Source: Mytilus californianus (lineage: Eukaryota). From it: a DNA stretch of 64,000 nucleotides. The notes under the pieces are model-generated. The model saw nothing but the letters and a program-made list of their open reading frames with translations, ran no database searches and was not told where the DNA came from. Position numbers and translations under genes: made by a program. Shown piece by piece: positions 52,901 to 61,697 of the stretch. The stretch spans positions 40,424,001-40,488,000 of the forward strand of contig NW_026262723.1 in assembly GCF_021869535.1 (NCBI RefSeq). Reading direction: 5' to 3'. Within the stretch, counting starts at the first letter, position 1; each line of letters starts with the position of its first letter.

Positions 52901-55564
52901 AATTAGATCTTGAACATTGTTTTATATTGATTTTGCTATCAGTAAATTAAAATCAAACTAAATATTATTTTTATATACATATGCACATTCATGGCTCTAC
53001 AATCTGTCGATACCTGTATCTTGGCATTGCACAAGGTCGTGTTTTTCTCTGACTGTTAGTGACGTCTTTACACTAAATCCATTGGATGTTGGATGTGTAC
53101 TGATTGATATTTTAGTCTTTGATGCATAATTGAATTTTTTTTTTATTAGTTGTTATTGGCTTTGAACTAGCTGTCAGTAACTGCGAGTACTCTCAGATCT
53201 GTACTTAGTGTTTTGTTTGTTGTTGTGGGATGTATAAGTACCCTGCTACGTCCACTCTGTGTTTTTGTTAGATGTATTTCTATTTGTTTCCATCTGATGA
53301 GTTAAGCCTTTTTCAACTGATTTTTTATAGATTGTTCTTATGTTGTACTGTTAAACCACTGTCCCAGGTTAGGGGGAGGATTGGTGCCTTCAAACTAGTT
53401 TAACCCCGTCACTTTCTATATGTGCCTGTCCCAAGTCAGGAGCCCGTAATTGAGTGGTGGTTGTTGTTTTTTGCTGTTTATCATATTAGTTTTTCGATTA
53501 TTGTTTGTATAGAGTGTTCTTGTGTTGTACTGTTGCACCACTGTCCCAGGTTAGGGAGAGGGTTTGGTGCCATCTAACTAGTTTAACCCCGCCACATTCT
53601 TTATGTGCATATCCCAAGTCAGGAGCCTGTAATTCAGTGGTTGTCGTTTGTTGCTGTGTATTATATTTGTATTTCGTTCATTATTTTGTACATAAATTAG
53701 GCCCTTAGTTTTATTGTTTGAATTGTTTAACATTTGTCATTTCGGTGCCTCTTATAGCTGACTATGCAGTATGGATTTTGCTCATTGTTGAAGGCCGTAC
53801 GGTGACCTATAGTTGTTAATTTCTGTGTCATTTGGTCTCTTGCGGAGAGTTGTCTCATTGGCAATCAAACCACATCTTCTTATTTTTATATGATATGAAA
53901 GAAAAAAAAAAGATTGGAGAAAGATATTCATTGGGTACAATTAAGAATTTTTTTAAGGCCAAATAAAGTACGAAGTTGAAGAGATTTGAGTATCAACATT
54001 CCGATAAGTTTTGCAAAAATAAATATAAGGTAATCTATTCCTGGGGTAGAAAATCCTTAGTATTTCGAACAATTTAAAGTTTTGTAAACAGATAATTCAG
54101 TGATGAACTCAGTTTTAATACATTAATTTAATGTATAAACGTCACAACGTATGATCATTAGGCCATGCAGGACCAACGCATTAGCTAATGAAGACAGGTA
54201 TCCCCGGGGACTGTTAAACCAAAATCGGCCGAAATTCGTAATTTTTGTTAACGTTGCTTTGTTTCTTTGTTTTCGTTTGAATTCTTTTTTTCTGTATACC
54301 AAGTTAAACGTTTTAAAACTATTTGAAAATTTCTTAGACGAACGTTGTATTCCTGTTATTTTAGCAATTGTTTGTAATCTATATTGAAGAATTTGTCAAA
54401 TTTAAAAAGAAAAGTCAAACAATTTTTTCTGATTTCCAAATAAAAAAAATCATTATCAGAAGCAATGATATGTCTTTTATCAACAACTTTTGTGTCTTTG
54501 CAATCCAACACGACAAGTACAAATTGTGATGGTGATGAAATGTAAAATGTTTGTCAGCACTACAAAATATGAAATGTAACTTTGATTTCAAAAGAAACTA
54601 CATTTAGCACGTGGAGGGTTTGACAAGTTTGTAAATATACAATTTACGTGTTTTTCTTTAAGTTTGGTACTTTTTTGTTTGATCAGCTTTTCAATGCTTG
54701 TATTACTTTTTTTGATTTTCAAATATGTCGGCCTTGAGCATAACTGAAGATACATTAATTGTTGAAATGCACATCTGGTGCAGGAATATTGATACCATAA
54801 ATGTTATTACTACCACAGGGTCGATACCTCTGCTGTTGGACTTTTAGTCCTCGACGGTATTATTAATCCAGTAGCCAGTACTGGCATGAAAATACTAATA
54901 CTGTTGTAAAGCTGTTTCAAAATTTCAAAACCATTTTAAGTTATGGAATGTATCTCCCTCATGCATAGCTCGGCCTGCTGGTCCAGGTTTCGCTTTACTC
55001 TTGGTACCTTTGTATTCGTCTGTTCTTTAGTGTTTGTATTATGTTTTGGATTTTTATAAATAAGACTTATCAGTGGTGCTCTAATAAAAACAGTTGTTAA
55101 ACCTAATCAATAACAAACCGAAAATATCAAAAAGAGTTGTGCCAAATCTGGTTTAGGCCATCTATTCCAATGGTAGAAAAACTTCAGTGTCTCGAATAAT
55201 TTTATAAATTTAATGAACAGTAAATTTACAGAAATTGATCGTATCAATTAATCAATGAAAAAGGAGTGCTGACTTCTGGGTAGGTAATACCCTCGGGGCA
55301 ATGAACTTTAAACCAGCATCGTCATTGACTATGTGGTTATAAAAAACTCATCAATGATACCAGTCAAACAATATTTTATATAAGGTATATCTTATTAGAT
55401 TATATAAATTATAAATACGATTAATTTGCATTAAGATATGCAGTATGCTAAAAAACAAATCCACAAACACTATTGTTTAGAGAAAAAATGAACAATTGAT
55501 GGAGAAAGGTATTTTGTATATTTCATAATGTATTTTTTTCTTTCTATTTAGGGTTGCTGGATGA
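49940..55564 (+). CDS. C-type lectin 4 (perlucin-like, secreted, subtype II, EPN/WAD), predicted 149 aa
   Basis: Exons 49940-49991 (MNVIVFVVFLCCVSSIS), 51293-51372 (CMNGWTQFENRCYLFSRQVESWIEAS), 51659-51746 (TVCGGFHSKLAEPMNTNTSHFLISHSQII), 52551-52767 (GTFWIGISD...PGEPN...NCVALW...WADENC...FICEADN), and putative terminal exon 55552-55564 (VAG*) with AATAAA at 55592-55597. Without the last splice the frame stops at 52769-52771. Confidence 0.85.
52898..53890 (+). repeat. Near full-length copy of the high-copy ~1-kb element, with an internal ~180-bp duplication
   Basis: Starts tgtaattagatcttgaa and ends gtctcattggcaatcaaaccacatcttc. The block tgttgtactgtt..ccactgtcccaggttaggg..gtcccaagtcaggagcc occurs twice (53340-53480, 53520-53660). 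Confidence 0.8.
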
Positions 55565-55800
55565 TGCTTTTACATGGATAAAGTGATAAAGAATAAATAA
55601 GGATAATCACAATTTATTATTTGTCATATTGTTTGCCACTTCAGGGATCGTTGCCCTTATATATATTGTGATCTATTCACGAAGACAAGCGTATAGACTA
55701 CAGAATTTTAAGTCTAAAGTTTTATGAAATAACAAAAAGTCATCATCAATTTTTCAATCAAACAATTAGTTATCTTTCAATTCAAATTGAAAAAAAAATC

Positions 55801-55990
55801 AAGCCTGTCAACACTGAGGTTGTGAGTTCGAATCCCGTACGTGGCAGGTGCGTTAGACTCCAATCTTAATTGACTAGGAGTTTTCTTACCGAAAGTTGGT
55901 AGTTCTCTCCTGGCACTTCGGCTACTAATAAAACTGACCACCACAACATAGCCAATAGTGCTGAAAGTGGTGTTAAACACCAATCAATCA
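55801..55990 (+). mobile_element. tRNA-derived SINE, 5'-truncated, with (ATCA)n tail
   Basis: B-box GTTCGAATCC at 55826-55835. The body ends ctgaaagtggtgttaaacacc, followed by (aatc)n. Confidence 0.7.
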
Positions 55991-57209
55991 ATCAATCAAT
56001 CAATTCAATTCAAATAGTTGCTCTGTTAGAGCCCTTTTGGTATTAATGCTTTTCAATATGCAATGTATTTAGTTTCCTCAACCTTTGTTTTCGAGCATAC
56101 CTGATTAGGGTTTTTCCAGAAACGCGTGTGTCATGAAATCGGGTAGACCGTAATAGAACATACGATTTCTCGCAAATTAGTATATATGATAAGCAAAATG
56201 CATCATGAAAATAGTACGGACTTTGCCCTCTTCCTGCCTCATATTATATAAGTTTGTTAGTTAACTTAAACTAAGGTTAGAACTACTACAGGAAGGGTAA
56301 ATCTTGTACATTCTCTTTGAGTCCTGATTCATTTAAGCGTTTAAATGAAAATGGACAAGGTGCGTGACTTATGAACCAAAACTGAACACTGTATCTAAAA
56401 GGATCAACGCATTCCGGTCATGCATTCAGATGCTAAATCAACATCTACTACGTACAATGAGCATACTGGTGTTTAACCCTTTTAAGAAAAAAATGTATAG
56501 CAAATATACCGAACCCCAAGGTAATTCAAAACGGGGAACGCCATAAAAAATGACAAAATCAAATGTTATCAACCAACAGAACGATTGAGAAACAACTGTT
56601 ATATTTCTGACATGTAACAGGCGATTTCAGAAGAAAACGGTGGGTCAAACCTGGTTTTATAGCTAGCTAAACCTCCCACTTGTATGAAAGTGGTTTATAG
56701 TTCCATTCTATTGACATAATTGGGTGAGAAACCAGGTTAATTTGACAACAATGGGGATACAGCAACCAAAACTGGGTGAACATATACACCACAGACATAC
56801 AACACAACTGACTAAAAATCAAACAAACATACAAACAAATCTAACAAAGACGCAAACAAAAAAGTTTTTGTCGTTGATAGTAAATTGATAAAGACGCCGA
56901 TTAAATTTAATTTTGTAGTTGATAGTTCATTCCGTATATAGTAAACAATTTCTTGATAGAGTACGAATTAAGTAAAATATAAATACAAGGAAGACTAAAC
57001 TGGATGTTTTTTTTCTCTTTTTACAAGAATTAAATTAATGTTATATCAGACAGAGCCTATAACAATATTGAACTTGTAATTCACGGCAAAGCTAGGAATC
57101 CCACATATGTTCCTACATCTTTGACGAAAGAGGAAATTTTAGAAAATACAAATCCTTCCTTTTCCTTTATGATATCAACATTATAAAAGTAATATAGATA
57201 TCTCCCGTA

Positions 57210-58965
57210 TGAAGAACAGTATGTAGCTAGGTCTTCAAGATGTTCAACGAAATCTTTTTAAATTTCTTACTACCATTCTTTCGACAATAAAAATTGACCT
57301 TAAGAAGTATTGTGATGAGGTATATTCAACCAGTGGTGTCAATCAAATGAAAATTCTTTAAAATTCTTAAGATCTGCAAAATCTTCAATTATAGTTTTTA
57401 CAGTTTTGCAGTAATAGCAAAACTTGATTTCACTACACTTAATGCTTCTATTACCATGCTTTGATACTATAACTGCTCATGAATTTTTACTAGATAACAT
57501 TTTTGTTCTCTATGGAGATTCCGTATATCGTCAGGTTATCGGAATTCCCATGAGGATTAACTGTGCATCACTTATTGCGGACCTGTTTCTGTATTGTTAT
57601 GAGTTACAATTTATGACTAAAATCAGCAAAGACACATCGAAACAACATCTGATTCAAAAATTTAATAACACTTTTAAAAATTGAGATGATATATTGGCTC
57701 TCAATGATGACGACTTCAGTATGTACACTAAAGAGATTTATCCTGCCGAACTAATTCTAAATAAAGCTAATACTAACAATGAACACTGCCCTTTCCTGGA
57801 TCTCTTTATCTTTAATGGGAAACTTCATACCAAAATTTATGATAAAAAAGATGATTTTTCATTTCCTATTGTTAATTATCCAGTTTTAGATGGTGACGTT
57901 CCCTTGTCGCCATCTTATGGTGTTTATATATCTCAACTTGTTCGATTCGCTCGTGTATGTAACAACGTATTTGATTTCAACGAAAGAAATCTCTGCATTA
58001 CTGAAAAATTATTACACCAGGGTTTTCGATATCACAAACTAGTCAAAACATTTACTAAATTTTATCATCGGTACAAGGACATCATTCGTAAATATAAATC
58101 AACATGCAGACATCTTATAAGTTCAGGTATTTCACATCCAATATTTTATGGTAATATTCTTTACAAAGCACAAAAAGTCGGCATTCACCTCAAAAGCTAA
58201 CCAAACCTTTAAAAAGACTATTTCGGAAAGGATATAGTTACGATATTGTTGTCAAGTCATTAAGGATTGCATATTTTGGTATTAATATTGTTTCATTCAT
58301 AGGGTCTTTGCATCGGAAATAAACACATTTATACTAAAACCAGTTGTTGGCATGATACGGGTTATATTCTTCTCGTATATTTTAAGATGGTATGATACTA
58401 AACCCCTAACGGGAGGGATTATACTTGATTTTCATATGATGAAGACATAATCTTTCAATCAGTTTAATTGAGGTTCGGAGCTGGTATGTCAGTAACTTCT
58501 AGTAGTCCTTTGTTCATTTATGTATCATTGTCATGTTGCTTAGTTTCTTTTGTTACCTATTCTAACATCGGACTCGGACTTCTTTTAAACTGAGTTTTAC
58601 TGTGCGTATTGCTATGTGTTTCTTTTTTCTACATTGACTAGAGGTATAGGGGGAGGGTTGAGATCTCACAAAACATGTTTAACCCCGTCGCATTTTTGCG
58701 CCTGTCTCAAGTCAGGAGCCTCTGGCCTTTGTTAGTCTTGTATGTGTTTTAATTTAAGTTCATTTATATGTTTTGGAGTTTAGTGTGACGGCCCTTTTCA
58801 CTGAAATAGCACACAATTTCATTTAGGGGCCAGCTGAGGACCACCTCCGGGTGCGGGATTTTCTCGCTGCATTGAAGACCCATTGGTGGCCTTCGGCTGT
58901 TGTCTGCTCTTTGGTCGGGTTGTTGTTTCTTTGACATATTCCCCACTTCCATTCTCAATTTTATC
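57210..58965 (+). mobile_element. Penelope-like retroelement (possibly Naiad clade), degraded reverse transcriptase plus 3' UTR
   Basis: Frameshifted RT: YCDEVYSTSGVNQM, QVIGIPMRINCASLIADLFLYCYE, then after a stop DDILAL, CPFLDL, KIYDKKDDFSFPIVNYP, DGDVPLSPSYGVYISQLVRFARVC. This is the PLE RT palm/thumb signature. No endonuclease is visible. Confidence 0.9.
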
Positions 58966-60003
58966 ATTTGAAAGATCGAATACATCGTCTATTAAAACAA
59001 AGCTTTTTTTTGACACAAATGAAAATCGTAGATTAAGGTCATAAGAAATCTGACTTTTGTGTAGAACTGCACTGATTCCAAAACATAATTACGCAGAAGA
59101 TGATGATATCATTAAAATGTTGGACTTTTTGATAGACAACATATTTGTTGAGTTTGGTGGATTGATATTGAAAATTTCTAAACTTAATAATCAAATCCTT
59201 CTCTGGTCATCTCAATGAGTAAAAACGTGATATGGTTGTCAGCGGCTATCTACCAAAAAGTCAAAGGACAAAGATGTAAGGACTATGATAAGAAAATTAT
59301 ACCGTATTGTAAGCTATGAAATGCTCCGGAAATCAATTATATGAAAAATTCAACAGAGAAACTTTCGACCTGATTTAAAATCATTACAAAAAACAGTTGT
59401 GACAGACGGCAACCAACTTAAATCACTCGACTACGGGCTCCTGGATTGGGACAGGCACATTAAAGTGGTTTGGGTTAAACATGTTTGTGAGCGCTCAACC
59501 ATCCTCCTTACCTAGGAAAAATTTGTACCAGCAAAACATCATAACAAACTGTTGAAGTAACTTGAAAGAACTGGAGTCAACAGATCGATTCTAGATTTAA
59601 AAAAAGATCACCAAATGAGATTGATCACCGAATGGGATTGATCACCGAATGAGATTTATCATCGCATCTTTTATTAAAGTGTGTGTGGTTAGTTTGTGTT
59701 GTAAATAGATTTGCCTGTATCCTAATATGATTTTTTTTGGACATGAGTTCGTAAGTGTTCTCGTTTCATTCTGTAGAAAATGTAAAGCAGGTTTATACAC
59801 TATTCTTTGGTGTTTCAAAGTATCGTTTCTTGAGTAGAGAATAACATACCTCAATATCTTACTCTTATGTATTCGAAAGTCACAGACAATGTATAAGTCT
59901 TGAGATAAGACATCTAGATGATAATAAACTATATTGAATTAATGTGTGTGTGTGTGTGTGTAAGACGAAGTTGATAACCTTTAAATTAAGCTAGTAACTT
60001 GAG

Positions 60004-61416
60004 ATGAACGTGATTGATTTCGTGGTGGTTCTATGTTGTGTCTCTTCCATCAGTTGTGAGTTACTGTAAGATTAAGTTGCAGTCACATATTGTTTATTTA
60101 TTTTTCATACAGCATGGCATATTAACTTTACATGAAAAAGGAAAAATTAAACCCATCTGTCTTCTTTATTTTCTCAGATATCATTGAATCATTTAAAGTA
60201 TATTCATTTTTGTACCAAATGCAAGTAAAATCAGAATAAAATATTCTTAAGTTTGTCTGAAAATTATGATTTTTCAGAGACATTCATAGCTTTAAAAAAA
60301 TATCTTGAAGCCTAGTTCTCAAAAAGTAAAAATGAAATTCTAATTGGCGTCCATTTATATCAATAGACGCCAATTAGAATAAAGTAGTTAGCTCAACTGG
60401 ACTTAAAATTTTCTGTTTAATTTACTTGTCAAGGCAGTCTCATACATATGTATATATATATTAAACATCAATTTCTAAGTGAGGCATAAGTGCCTATAAT
60501 GTTGTTTTTTTTTATTGGGACTATGCAAGTGTCTTTTGTGATATTTGAAAAATCAAGGGCAATTTTGTTAATTAACAATAGCATATGTAAAGTAAAAGGT
60601 CATAACCCCAACTTCCTTATCCATATATCTTTTATTTCTGTATTTTGAGCTGTTTATCCTTCTGAAGCACCTGAGATCACTGCTAGTTTTTGATGGGGTT
60701 CGTGTTGCTAAGTCTAAAGTTTTCTATATAGTGATTTGGACTTGTTTGTCTTTTCGCTATCTTTTGTTTGCTGACAGAAAGTTGCAAGTTTTTGTTCGGC
60801 TTATAAGTTTTGATTGTCCCTTTATATCTTCAATCTTTTTTGTTATAATAAAGATATCAATCATGGTAAAAAAGACTTAAAAAAAGATGTTATATTCAAA
60901 TTTTATGAAACAAGCCACGTAGCTAAATCTCAAAATAAATTTAGTTTTTCGCTAGTTTTTAAATTTTGACAATGCCATTACAAATAACTTCTCTTATTGT
61001 TTGAACTCTGCTAATGATAAATATGACTGTAGGCTCCGGTGCAAACACGGATAGTTTTACACAAGGTATACTGCAACCCAATATATCTTCTATGTAACTT
61101 ACTTCTTCAGTTAATATATTCAGAGTAACTTTTTCGGATTGATCAGATTCATAAGATCAGTTTTTAAACTTTAATTTCCTTTATGAGTTGGTTGAATAAT
61201 TTACAAATCGTTTGAGTACTTTCTGGTTTATTTTTTATCATTTTAAAAGTTACCTCAGTATAAATCTATATTCTCAAAATTTACAATTATCTTTAAACAA
61301 TTATCTCATACTTTCTATATTAATACTCCTCTTAAGGCTGTAAAAATGGATGGACACAGTTTGGAAATAAATGCTACTTCTTCAGTCACCAAGTTGAACC
61401 GTGGAGTGAGGCAATG
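60004..61416 (+). CDS. C-type lectin 5, exons 1-2 only (gene continues past the window end)
   Basis: Exon 1 at 60004-60055 (MNVIDFVVVLCCVSSIS, donor gtgagt) and exon 2 at 61337-61416 (CKNGWTQFGNKCYFFSHQVEPWSEAM, donor gtgagt). No exon 3 before 64000. Confidence 0.8.
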
Positions 61417-61419
61417 GTG

Positions 61420-61680
61420 AGTAGTACTGTTCTTGCCTGTTTTACATTTCTTTGATAATATTGTTCGTGCCTATTTTAGATTTTTTGACAGTACTGTTCT
61501 CGCTTTTTTTAGATTCTTTGATAGTGCTGTTCCAACCTATGTTAAATTTCTCTGATAGACCTGTTCTAGCTTATTTTTGATTTTTTTGTTTCTACTGATC
61601 TTGTCTGTTGTAGATTTCTTTGATAGTACTAGTACTGTTCTTGTATATTTTAGATTTATTTGATAAAACTGGTACTTTTC
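61420..61680 (+). repeat. Degenerate ~34-bp tandem repeat, about 7 units
   Basis: Recurrent (a)gtactgttct...ttttagatttctttgata units starting right after the CTL5 exon 2 donor. Confidence 0.7.
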
Positions 61681-61697
61681 TTAGATAAAGGAAGATG

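Noticed and set aside
55552-55586. Reading the orphan exon as GLLDDAFTWIK*, the last exon of a separate small gene (several differences from the 18380 copy fall at third positions)
   Set aside because: No upstream exons for such a gene were found, and the 18380 copy has a stop in that frame. The phase-2 reading VAG* fits the CTL4 donor and parallels IVG*. Not fully excluded without transcripts.
55810-55850. tRNA gene
   Set aside because: Only a B-box and T-arm-like stretch is present. There is no cloverleaf, and it continues into a SINE body with a microsatellite tail.
37431-59016. ORF-track entries such as 37431-37712, 45544-45992, 46915-47232, 48611-48853, 53505-53708, 58764-59016
   Set aside because: They lie within high-copy repeats and are chance frames or antisense to decayed retroelement sequence.
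59615-59660. 17-bp triple repeat atcaccgaatgagattg; also poly-T at ~13795-13825 and (TG)n at ~59943-59960
   Set aside because: Ordinary simple repeats with no evident function.
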